DNA from: Alphaproteobacteria bacterium
Lineage (GTDB): Bacteria > Pseudomonadota > Alphaproteobacteria > UBA7887
Direction of reading: 5' to 3'
DNA length: 64,000 nucleotides
Assembly (NCBI GenBank): GCA_965216755.1
Contig: CBDCGL010000011.1
Coordinates: 992,001-1,056,000, forward strand
Shown: positions 53,787 through 62,533 of the stretch, piece by piece
How the letters are laid out: the number at the start of each line of letters is the position of its first letter
Numbering within the stretch: the stretch's first letter is position 1
Notes under the pieces: generated by a model
The model's database searches: none
Told to the model about the DNA's origin: nothing
Seen by the model: only the letters and a program-made list of their open reading frames with translations
Made by a program: the position numbers and the translations under genes

Positions 53787-55574
53787 ATGGCAACAGGATA
53801 CGATGCGCCCGTCCAGGATATGCGATTTGTCCTTAATGAACTCATCGATTTGGATCGGTTGTCGGGGGTTGGCGACGCCGACGGGCTCAGCCCGGACCTG
53901 GTCGACCAGATTTTGGATGAGGCGGCGCGTTTTGCGCGCGAGGTGTTGGCGCCACTCAATCAGTCGGGCGACCAACAGGGTGCCCAGCTGGTCAATGGTG
54001 TGGTGCGCATGCCCGACGGCTTCGTCGATTGCTACCGCCAATTTGTCGAGGCCGGATGGAGTTCGGTCGGCGGTGATCCGGAGTTTGGTGGCCAAGGCTT
54101 GCCATGGACCCTTAATGCAGTGCTCAGCGAGATGTGGCAATCCGCCAATATGGCGTTGGCCGACGGCTGGATGCTTACGCAGGGTGCCGTCGAGTTGTTG
54201 GAGTTGCACGGGTCAGACGCGCAGAAGTCCAAATACTTGCCCAAGATGATCTCAGGTGAGTGGGCGGGAACGATGAACTTGACCGAGTCGAATGCGGGTT
54301 CGGATGTCGGGGCTTTGAAGACCAAAGCCGTACGCGACAACGGTGCCTATCGCATCACCGGCACAAAGATTTTCATCACCCATGGCGATCAAGACATGTC
54401 GGAGAACGTGATTCACTTGGTTCTTGCGCGGACACCGGATGCCCCGCCCGGCGTCCGCGGAATCTCGCTGTTCCTGGTGCCGAAGCGGATGGTCAACGAT
54501 GACGGTACTTTGGGCCAGCATAACGATCTGCGCGTTGTCTCCTTGGAGCACAAGATGGGACACAACGCCAGTCCGACAGCCATGATGTCGTATGGCGATG
54601 ATGGTGGTGCCGTCGGCTATTTGATCGGTGAGGAAAACCGCGGCATCGAATGTATGTTCACGATGATGAACAGCGCCCGTCTGAATGTCGCCATACAAGG
54701 TGTTGCCATTGCCGAACGTGCGTATCAAGCGGCGCGCGAATGGGCGCGGGAGCGTGTGCAAGGACGTCCGCTTGCCGCACCCAGCCCGGACATGGTCCCC
54801 ATCATCCAACATCCCGATGTCAGGCGCATGCTACTGGACATGAAAGCACAAACGGAAGCAATACGCGCGCTTTGCTATTCGGTTGCTGAGGCACTTGATT
54901 TGTCGCGCGGGCACAAAGACAAAGGCGTGCGCGAAGCCGCGCGTGGTTATCTGGAATTGATGACACCCGTCGCCAAGGCTTGGTCCACCGATCAAGGCTT
55001 CGAAGTGGCGTCAATCGGTGTTCAGGTTCATGGCGGCATGGGATACATCGAAGAGACTGGCGCGGCACAGCATCTGCGCGATGCCCGCATCACGATGATT
55101 TACGAAGGAACCAACGGTATCCAAGCGCTCGATTTGGTGCGCCGAAAACTTCAGCAGGATGGAGGCGCGGCCGCGGCCCGGTTGATTTCAGATATGCGCA
55201 CGACCGCGCGGTCGCTCGCGGAGAACGGTGCGCCGGAACTGGCCGCCATTTCGAAGATGCTGACACCGGCGATTGATGTCTTGGAATCGACCACCGACTG
55301 GGTCCGTACAACCTTCAAAAGCGATCCGAATGTCGCGGCGGCGGGTGCCACGGCCTATTGCCGTATGCTCGGCTTCGTTGCCGGTGGCTGGCTGCTTGGC
55401 AAAGGCGCGCTGCGCCTCGCAGAACACAGCACCGAAGATCCCTTATTTCGAAATTCAAAACTCCAAACTGCGCAACATTTTGCACAGCAATATTTGCCTC
55501 AGGCTGCTGCACTGCATACGGCCGTGACGAAAAGTCACGAAACTGTCCTGGCCATCGCCGAAGACGCACTGTAG
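53787..55574 (+). CDS. Acyl-CoA dehydrogenase (long, DmdC/FadE5-like)
   Basis: GTMNLTE, KIFIT, EHKMG, HGGMGYIEE, IYEGTNGIQA. Confidence 0.9.
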   Translation: MATGYDAPVQDMRFVLNELIDLDRLSGVGDADGLSPDLVDQILDEAARFAREVLAPLNQSGDQQGAQLVNGVVRMPDGFVDCYRQFVEAGWSSVGGDPEFGGQGLPWTLNAVLSEMWQSANMALADGWMLTQGAVELLELHGSDAQKSKYLPKMISGEWAGTMNLTESNAGSDVGALKTKAVRDNGAYRITGTKIFITHGDQDMSENVIHLVLARTPDAPPGVRGISLFLVPKRMVNDDGTLGQHNDLRVVSLEHKMGHNASPTAMMSYGDDGGAVGYLIGEENRGIECMFTMMNSARLNVAIQGVAIAERAYQAAREWARERVQGRPLAAPSPDMVPIIQHPDVRRMLLDMKAQTEAIRALCYSVAEALDLSRGHKDKGVREAARGYLELMTPVAKAWSTDQGFEVASIGVQVHGGMGYIEETGAAQHLRDARITMIYEGTNGIQALDLVRRKLQQDGGAAAARLISDMRTTARSLAENGAPELAAISKMLTPAIDVLESTTDWVRTTFKSDPNVAAAGATAYCRMLGFVAGGWLLGKGALRLAEHSTEDPLFRNSKLQTAQHFAQQYLPQAAALHTAVTKSHETVLAIAEDAL

Positions 55575-55669
55575 CATTTGAAACTGGAACGTCTCGACAA
55601 AAAATGCCGATTACAGCTGAATTGCGCTGATCAACAGACTCGCGACAACTTGGGAGCCAGAGCCTCACC

Positions 55670-56956
55670 ATGACAATGAAACACCCAGAAACGATCGTCT
55701 TGCACGCTGGCTATCGCAAAGACGACGCAACGAACGCGGTTGCCGTTCCGATTTATCAAACCACGTCCTATCAGTTCGACAGCGTGGAACACGCCGCCAA
55801 TCTGTTTTCGCTGAAGGAATTGGGCAACATCTACACGCGGATTATGAATCCGACTTGCGCGGTTCTTGAAGAAAGGTTGACGGCATTGGAAGGCGGCGCG
55901 GCGGCGCTGGCCGTATCATCGGGCCAGGCGGCATCGATGATGGCGATCCAAAACATCGCACAGGCCGGTGACAATGTCGTTAGTTCCACGGATCTATACG
56001 GCGGCACTTGGAACTTGTTCGCCAATTCCTTGAAGACGATGGGAATCGAAGTGCGCTTCGTCGATCCCGCGGATCCGGAGGCATTTCGCGCCGCGACTGA
56101 CGACCGCACGCGCGCTTACTACGCCGAAACTTTGCCGAACCCCAAGCTTGAAGTGTTTCCGATTAAGGAAGTGGCCGACATTGGTCGCTCAATCGGCGTC
56201 CCATTGATCATGGACAATACGGCAGCTCACGGTTTGTGCCGGCCGTTCGATCACGGAGCGGCGATCATCGCATCGTCGTGCACGAAGTATATCGGCGGCC
56301 ACGGCAGCTCTATAGGCGGCATCATCATTGACGGCGGCAATTTCGATTGGAAAGCGCACGCGGATCGTTTCCCGATGCTCAATCAGCCGGATCCCAGCTA
56401 TCATGGGGCCGTTTGGGTGGAGGCAACTGCGCCGTTGGGGCCGATAGCCTATATCATCAAGGCACGCGTCACATTGTTGCGTGACTGCGGACAAGCCATG
56501 AGTCCGTTCAACGCATTTCTATTCTTACAAGGCCTAGAAACGCTGCCGCTGCGGATGGCGCGCCATTCCGAGAATGCCAATCAGGTGGCGGAGTTCCTGA
56601 ATGGCCACGAAAAAGTGTCGCGGGTAATTCATCCAAGCCTGATGTCTGGCGAAGCCCGGCGTCGTGCCGACGCCTGCATGAATGGGGGCTATGGTGGCCT
56701 GTGCGGATTCGAACTCAAGGGCGGTCACGAGGCCGGCACGCGGTTCATAGATGCATTGCAGATGTTCTACCATCTCGCCAATATCGGTGACGCGCGCAGC
56801 CTGGCCATACATCCCGCCAGCACAACCCATTCGCAGCTCACGCCGGAAGAGCAGCAAGCAACTGGTGTGACCCCAGGTTACGTGCGTCTGTCGCTGGGGC
56901 TTGAACATATCGAGGATATTTTTGCCGACCTAAGTCAGGCACTTGAAAAAGCGTAA
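55670..56956 (+). CDS. metY: O-acetylhomoserine sulfhydrylase
   Basis: PIYQTTSY, YTRIMNPT, TKYIGGHG, HLANIGDARSLAIHPASTTH. Confidence 0.9.
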   Translation: MTMKHPETIVLHAGYRKDDATNAVAVPIYQTTSYQFDSVEHAANLFSLKELGNIYTRIMNPTCAVLEERLTALEGGAAALAVSSGQAASMMAIQNIAQAGDNVVSSTDLYGGTWNLFANSLKTMGIEVRFVDPADPEAFRAATDDRTRAYYAETLPNPKLEVFPIKEVADIGRSIGVPLIMDNTAAHGLCRPFDHGAAIIASSCTKYIGGHGSSIGGIIIDGGNFDWKAHADRFPMLNQPDPSYHGAVWVEATAPLGPIAYIIKARVTLLRDCGQAMSPFNAFLFLQGLETLPLRMARHSENANQVAEFLNGHEKVSRVIHPSLMSGEARRRADACMNGGYGGLCGFELKGGHEAGTRFIDALQMFYHLANIGDARSLAIHPASTTHSQLTPEEQQATGVTPGYVRLSLGLEHIEDIFADLSQALEKA

Positions 56957-58591
56957 TTACGTCGCGCGCAGCGAAGATCTCGGGATACCGTCGCGGTCCG
57001 ATCTCAGCAGGCTTGTGCCACTGATATCTGGCCGCGGCTCTTCGCCAAGCAAGTCGACCAAAGTTGGCACGACATCGAATGCAGAGCGGATCCCACGGTC
57101 TCGCACGTCTAGGCCGGCATTAGACAAATAGGCAAAGCCGAATCGGCCGGTATGCCCCCCGGTTCGACGTAGGGGAACCGGCCCGATGCGTCCATGTTTT
57201 GGATGTTCGAAGGCGGCCGTCGGCGCGTTCCATAGCACAACTAAATCAGCTTCGCTGACACCTAGATTACGTGGATCGTTGCGGGGCGGTCGCTCGATCG
57301 ATTGGACGACGCACTCGCCGGAACACGGGTCCGTGCATCTTCTTAGCAACGCCTCTATCTCATCGCACACATCGTGATAGGCGTTGATCGGCACGCAGCC
57401 ATGTTTCTCGCGCCCGACCAAATTGATGCGAATGCGACCATCATAAAACGACGGTAGGGCAAATGCCGGCATTTTGCGCCAGTAGCTTTGGTAGCGGGTG
57501 GCGGGCATCCACCGCATTGAGTCAGTCTCCAAGGCAGCACGATTGGGCGCGGACAGCCCGACGGTACGCCGCAATTTGGCCGTGGCGCGGCGCATGAAGT
57601 GCCGGGCTTCGGTGCGGTGACTTGTGACCAAATCGGCAACCAGCCAATTGGCCTCGGTGTCCGGAATCACGAGACCTTCATGGGATTGCGCCCAAGACTC
57701 AGGCGTCTTGAGCGCCGCGCATCCGAACGCGTGCCGATAGAGAAGTTCCGGCAAAAGCAACATGCTTTGCACATCCGACCGGTTGGTGCCCATGCCATGA
57801 AGTGCAAAGACCACGACAATCGCATCGGGAAAAGCCTCGACCAACTGACCAATCAGGCCATCGACCGCACGATAAACCGCGCGAACGCCATCTCCGGCCG
57901 ACCTAGCCGACGGCATGTCGTGCAACGGATGCGCCGGATCAATGCCATGCCACAAGCCTTCAATCACCGAGTGGATTTCACTAACAACGACAAGACCCAG
58001 GTCCCAATCGGGGACACGTTCGCCCAGCATCCATTTCGCCAGTCGCGTACGCGCCACCACGCCTTCGACAAGCCCCTCGCCCATGGCACGACAGCGGCCT
58101 GCCGATGGCCACGCGAAACCATAGATCCACGCCTCAGCCGGATAGGCGCCGAAACGTGATTGAATCTCATCCAGCATGCCGTTCGGGCGCGCCATCCGCG
58201 CCGTGCCGGGATCGTGCGCCCCCCATCCGACCACGCCCTGAACCTGTGGCGCCAGCTTCAAGTCGAAGTACGGACAATCGACGACGACCGTACGGGCGCT
58301 CAAAAGTGCCGCGAATGGCGTGGTGCGGGCTGGTTTTAGCCGTGCGACATAGGTACGCGGATCAAAGTCGACCGCCGACCAGCGATTCGCCCGTTCGGGA
58401 CTCAGGCCAGAGGCGACATGTTCCCATGCCAAACCAATCCTTTGTGCGTCGCCATGATCGAGCAGAAAGCGCGCCGCACAATCGCGAACACGCGCCAACG
58501 CTGGCATGTCGCCGGCAGCCATGAGTTCCTCGCCGAGCGAGCGCTCATAGCCGTCCAGACCGATTGCCAGGACGCGTCGCTTCGCCGTCAA
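56957..58591 (-). CDS. Alkaline phosphatase superfamily (nucleotide pyrophosphatase-like) protein
   Basis: VLAIGLDG, VFALHGM, IRINLVGRE, RTGGH, DVVPT. Confidence 0.75.
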   Translation of the reverse strand: MTAKRRVLAIGLDGYERSLGEELMAAGDMPALARVRDCAARFLLDHGDAQRIGLAWEHVASGLSPERANRWSAVDFDPRTYVARLKPARTTPFAALLSARTVVVDCPYFDLKLAPQVQGVVGWGAHDPGTARMARPNGMLDEIQSRFGAYPAEAWIYGFAWPSAGRCRAMGEGLVEGVVARTRLAKWMLGERVPDWDLGLVVVSEIHSVIEGLWHGIDPAHPLHDMPSARSAGDGVRAVYRAVDGLIGQLVEAFPDAIVVVFALHGMGTNRSDVQSMLLLPELLYRHAFGCAALKTPESWAQSHEGLVIPDTEANWLVADLVTSHRTEARHFMRRATAKLRRTVGLSAPNRAALETDSMRWMPATRYQSYWRKMPAFALPSFYDGRIRINLVGREKHGCVPINAYHDVCDEIEALLRRCTDPCSGECVVQSIERPPRNDPRNLGVSEADLVVLWNAPTAAFEHPKHGRIGPVPLRRTGGHTGRFGFAYLSNAGLDVRDRGIRSAFDVVPTLVDLLGEEPRPDISGTSLLRSDRDGIPRSSLRAT

Positions 58592-58646
58592 TGCGCGTCA
58601 CCTGTTTGTTGTGTCAATCCGGAATGCCTTGCGAAATAGACTTCAG

Positions 58647-59663
58647 CTAAACTGGGCGGCCCTCGATCTGGTACCCTGGATCATTGTAACCGGGCGTCGA
58701 CGGATGCCCGGGTGCGACAAGACTGTCAATCAACGTTTCGTCCTCGGCGTGCCAATCTTGGACCAACGCGCCAAGATAGTTTTCCATTTGGTCGATCGTT
58801 CGTGGCCCAACGATCGTTGCCGTGACAATCTTGTTGGCAAGCACCCAATTGACGGCGAAATGACCGGGCTGCATGCCGCGCGCGGCGGCATGGGAAACAA
58901 TTTTCTGAGCAATTACCAGGGATTCCTCGCGAAACTCCGTTTGCATCATGCGCGTGTCCTTGCGCCCAGCCCGCGTATCGGCGGCGGGCGCCGCGCCCGG
59001 CGCATATTTTCCGGTCAATACGCCACGCGCCAATGGGCTGTACGGCACGACACCCATGCCGTAGTGTCGACACACCGGCAATATTTCCGTTTCCGGCATG
59101 CGGTTCATGGCATTGTAGTAGGGTTGACTCACAATCGGGTCGTCGACGCCAAGCTGGCGGCACAGCCGAACGACCTCGGCATGCCGCCAAGCACGGAAAT
59201 TGGATAGACCAAAATAACGAATCTTGCCCGCACGAATCGCGTCACCAACGGCGCGGATCGATTCATCCAGCCGAGTCGCCAGATCCTCTCGGTGGAAATA
59301 GAAAATATCGATATAATCCGTACCCAACCTACGCAAACTATTGTCGAGCGAACGAAGAATCCAGCGACGTGTCAGCCCACCTTGATTGGCATCACCGCCG
59401 GGAAACGGCTGCCCGGTCTTGGTCGCCAGCACCCAATCATGACGCTGCGCGCGAATGGCACGGCCTGTGATTTCTTCCGACGCGCCGCGTGCATAGACGT
59501 CGGCGGTATCGATAAAGTTGATCCCGGCGTCTCGGGCCATATCGGTAATACGCTGCGCCGCCGGTTCGTCGGCGCCCGCGCCAAACATCATCGTTCCCAA
59601 ACAAAGCGGCGAGACTCTCAGGCCGCTACGGCCAAGATTGCGGAGCTTCATGGATCCGCTCAT
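58647..59663 (-). CDS. Aldo/keto reductase
   Basis: LCLGTMMFG, DTADVY, LGTDYIDI, YSPLARG. Confidence 0.92.
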   Translation of the reverse strand: MSGSMKLRNLGRSGLRVSPLCLGTMMFGAGADEPAAQRITDMARDAGINFIDTADVYARGASEEITGRAIRAQRHDWVLATKTGQPFPGGDANQGGLTRRWILRSLDNSLRRLGTDYIDIFYFHREDLATRLDESIRAVGDAIRAGKIRYFGLSNFRAWRHAEVVRLCRQLGVDDPIVSQPYYNAMNRMPETEILPVCRHYGMGVVPYSPLARGVLTGKYAPGAAPAADTRAGRKDTRMMQTEFREESLVIAQKIVSHAAARGMQPGHFAVNWVLANKIVTATIVGPRTIDQMENYLGALVQDWHAEDETLIDSLVAPGHPSTPGYNDPGYQIEGRPV

Positions 59664-60502
59664 GCAAACACCACATCGGCGGTCATCGCGACAGACCCCG
59701 CCGGATCGACCGCCCAAAGGGCACAACCTTCGGCGGTTGGTGTTCCCGCCACGTCAAACGGGGCATCCGCGAACAACGGACGCCTGGCCCGATACGTGAT
59801 GGACCCAACCCGCGCGTCAGGCATTTCTCGATGCAACAGCTCGGCCAGCAATGTCGCAGTTAGCGGACCATGCACGATCAAGCCGGGATAGCCCTCGGTG
59901 TCCGTCACATACGGGTAATCATAGTGTATGCGATGGCCATTGAAGGTCAGCGCCGAATAGCGAAACAAGAACACGGGGTCCGGTGTAATCCTCCGTCGCC
60001 ACTCCGCCTCTCGAGCCGGCGGATCAGTGGGCGGGGCCGGCGCGTCGGCGCGCGCGGCCTCGCGATAGACAATGTCATGCCACTCCTCCAACGCCAGTCC
60101 GTCTGGACCATGGTAGGCATGCTTGACGGTCACGACGGCCAGAGCACCGCTACGACCCGCGCGTTGTTTAATCGATTCGATCTCGGAAACGCGCCGTGCC
60201 TCGGCCCCGATAGGCAACGATTTATGAAATACCAATCGATTGCCGCCCCACATACGCCGCGGCAACGGCACTGGCGGAAGGAAACCACCGCGTTTCGCGT
60301 GGCCATCCGCCGCCAAATCCGCCTCTGGTGTGATCTCGACAAAATAGAGCCAGTGCCACGCCGGCGGTAGCGGATCGCCCGCGGCCGGAAAAGTCGTGCG
60401 ATCGAGCGTCGCCGCCAGCGCCGCGGCCGGAAAAGCGGTGATCGCGTCGGACCTTTCCTCGCGCCGGCCGATCCAATCGTCCAAGTTTGGCACGTCGCTC
60501 AC
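59660..60502 (-). CDS. MaoC-type double-hotdog hydratase (itaconyl-CoA / mesaconyl-C4-CoA hydratase-like)
   Basis: GTG start after AAGGAG; DGHAKRGGFLPP..PRRMW, LFRYSALTFNGHRIHYD, HGPL. Confidence 0.85.
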   Translation of the reverse strand: MSDVPNLDDWIGRREERSDAITAFPAAALAATLDRTTFPAAGDPLPPAWHWLYFVEITPEADLAADGHAKRGGFLPPVPLPRRMWGGNRLVFHKSLPIGAEARRVSEIESIKQRAGRSGALAVVTVKHAYHGPDGLALEEWHDIVYREAARADAPAPPTDPPAREAEWRRRITPDPVFLFRYSALTFNGHRIHYDYPYVTDTEGYPGLIVHGPLTATLLAELLHREMPDARVGSITYRARRPLFADAPFDVAGTPTAEGCALWAVDPAGSVAMTADVVFA

Positions 60503-60555
60503 GGCATATCTCCTTAGTTTGGACATTGGCCGAAGACTCACCGACGGGCCAAATA

Positions 60556-61779
60556 TCAGTAAGAGCGGGGCATCCCCAGCACATTTTGGCCAACATAGGC
60601 TAGGACCAAATTGGTCGAAATCGGCGCGATCTGATAAAGGCGCGCTTCGCGGAATTTGCGCTCGATGTCGTATTCCTCCGCAAATCCAAAGCCACCATGC
60701 GTTTGTAAGCAGGCTTCGGCGGCATGCCACGAGGCCTCTGATGCCACCAGCTTGGCCATATTGGCTTCGGCACCGCAAGGCATACCGGCATCGAACAACG
60801 TCGCCGCCTTGCGAACCATCATTTCCGCTGCCTCGATTTCCACATGGGCACGCGCGATGGGAAACTGAACGCCTTGGTTCTGCCCGATCGGTCGACCGAA
60901 AACGACACGTTCATTGGCGTACGCGGTTGCCCGATCGACGAAGAATCGGCCGTCACCGAGACATTCAGACGCTATCAAAATGCGCTCGGCGTTCATCCCA
61001 TCGAGGACATAGCTGAAGCCCTCGCCTTCCAAGCCGATCAGGCTGTCGGCGGGAATGCGCAGATCGTCGAAAAACAGCTCTGTCGTGGCATGATTGATCA
61101 TCGTGCGGATCGGTCGGATCGTCAGGCCATTGCCGATCGCCGCCCGCATATCGATCAAAAATACCGACAAGCCGTGGCGACGCGAGCGTACTTGATCCAG
61201 TGGCGTCGTGCGCGCGAGCAACAGCATCAAATCCGAGTGCTCGGCCCGACTGATCCATACTTTTTGACCGTTAACCAGGTAACTGTCGCCATCGCGCACC
61301 GCCGTCGTCTTCAGCTGGGTGGTGTCCGAACCCGTGATTGGCTCGGTCACGCCAAATGCCTGCAGCCGCAACGAACCATCGGCAATGCGCGGCAGATATG
61401 TCCGTTTCTGCGCCTCGGAACCGTGCCGCAAAAGCGTGCCCATGATGTACATCTGCGCATGGCATGCGGCGCCATTGCATCCGGCGCGATGAATTTCCTC
61501 CAAGATCGATGACGATGCGCCAATCGGCAGACCACTGCCGCCATAGGCCTCGGGAATTAGTGCCGCCAGATAGCCAGCTTCAGTCAGAGCTTTGATGAAA
61601 TCTGTTGGATAGGCGCGCTCCCGATCTAGCTCGCGCCAGTAACTGCCGGGGAAGCGCTCACACAATCCGCGTACACCAGCGCGTATCTCGGAGAAAGTCT
61701 CACCGATCGGCACCCCAACATCGGCTGCACCCGCCGCCGCGCTGCTGGCGCCACTCACATCAATGTCACCGCTGGTCAT
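60556..61779 (-). CDS. Acyl-CoA dehydrogenase
   Basis: CHAQMY, FGVTEP..GSDT, NGQKVWISR, HGGFGFAEEYDIERKFRE. Confidence 0.92.
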   Translation of the reverse strand: MTSGDIDVSGASSAAAGAADVGVPIGETFSEIRAGVRGLCERFPGSYWRELDRERAYPTDFIKALTEAGYLAALIPEAYGGSGLPIGASSSILEEIHRAGCNGAACHAQMYIMGTLLRHGSEAQKRTYLPRIADGSLRLQAFGVTEPITGSDTTQLKTTAVRDGDSYLVNGQKVWISRAEHSDLMLLLARTTPLDQVRSRRHGLSVFLIDMRAAIGNGLTIRPIRTMINHATTELFFDDLRIPADSLIGLEGEGFSYVLDGMNAERILIASECLGDGRFFVDRATAYANERVVFGRPIGQNQGVQFPIARAHVEIEAAEMMVRKAATLFDAGMPCGAEANMAKLVASEASWHAAEACLQTHGGFGFAEEYDIERKFREARLYQIAPISTNLVLAYVGQNVLGMPRSY

Positions 61780-61962
61780 TCAAACCGCACCGCAAATGTT
61801 GCCGCCGCGCGACGCGCGGTCGGTCCTAAACAGTGCGCAGTCTATCGGCCGACGACATGCGACTCAAGCGTGCCCACCCGTGCCGGACGGGCGGGCAAAC
61901 ATGCATTTTTGGGAGATTATTGGGCGATCCGCAGGTGAAGCGGCACGACCCTGGTTTGACCC

Positions 61963-62256
61963 CTAAATCGTTATATCGAGGCGACCTCCGCGCTGGGCGC
62001 GATCGTCCGGTGCGTCGGGCTCGGATAAACGAACGACCGTTCGCGGTGCGCTATCTTCGGATTTGCGAACCTCGGGCGCGGCGGATTCCTCGGCAGACAC
62101 GGCGCGCGTATCAGCTGAGTTGACTGCCGCCGGGTCATCAGCGGCCCGCTGTGTCTTCTGACGATCCGTCTGCGCCGCCTCCTGCGCCGCCTGGCCCTGC
62201 GTGCCCGCGAAGGGCGACACATTCGAGAACGACGCCGTCGTCTGGTTAATATCCAT
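61963..62256 (-). CDS. Small hypothetical protein
   Basis: 97 aa, low-complexity, C-terminus RGGRLDITI; divergent from fliK. Confidence 0.6.
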   Translation of the reverse strand: MDINQTTASFSNVSPFAGTQGQAAQEAAQTDRQKTQRAADDPAAVNSADTRAVSAEESAAPEVRKSEDSAPRTVVRLSEPDAPDDRAQRGGRLDITI

Positions 62257-62370
62257 AAACTCTGTCCCCAGGGTGCGTCTGCATCACAAACCAAAGTATC
62301 GTCAGAACACCGTCCGTCAATTCGGACAGGCTGGTTCTGTGCGAGCCATCACAATGAAGACCGAAACAGC

Positions 62371-62385
62371 CGGCAAGAAATGCCG
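62371..62385 (+). promoter_or_regulatory. ftr-like (FlbD) enhancer
   Basis: CGGCAAGAAATGCCG dyad about 85 bp upstream of the sigma54 promoter. Confidence 0.6.
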
Positions 62386-62469
62386 TGCGGCACGGGTTAC
62401 CCGGCGGAATCAAGCCGCCGCACCAAGCGCGTTAACAAATTTGCAAGCTTTCCCGCGGGTTTACCAAAT

Positions 62470-62485
62470 TGGCCCGGGACTTGCT
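62470..62485 (+). promoter_or_regulatory. sigma54 promoter of fliK
   Basis: TGGCCCGGGACTTGCT fits GG-N10-GC. Confidence 0.8.
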
Positions 62486-62533
62486 GAATGTCCGGCTGGT
62501 CAAAGCCCTATGCCGCAACAGGATGAAACTGCA

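Noticed and set aside
55575-55669. SAM riboswitch upstream of metY
   Set aside because: No SAM-II or SAM-SAH consensus is recognisable by eye; an Infernal search would settle it
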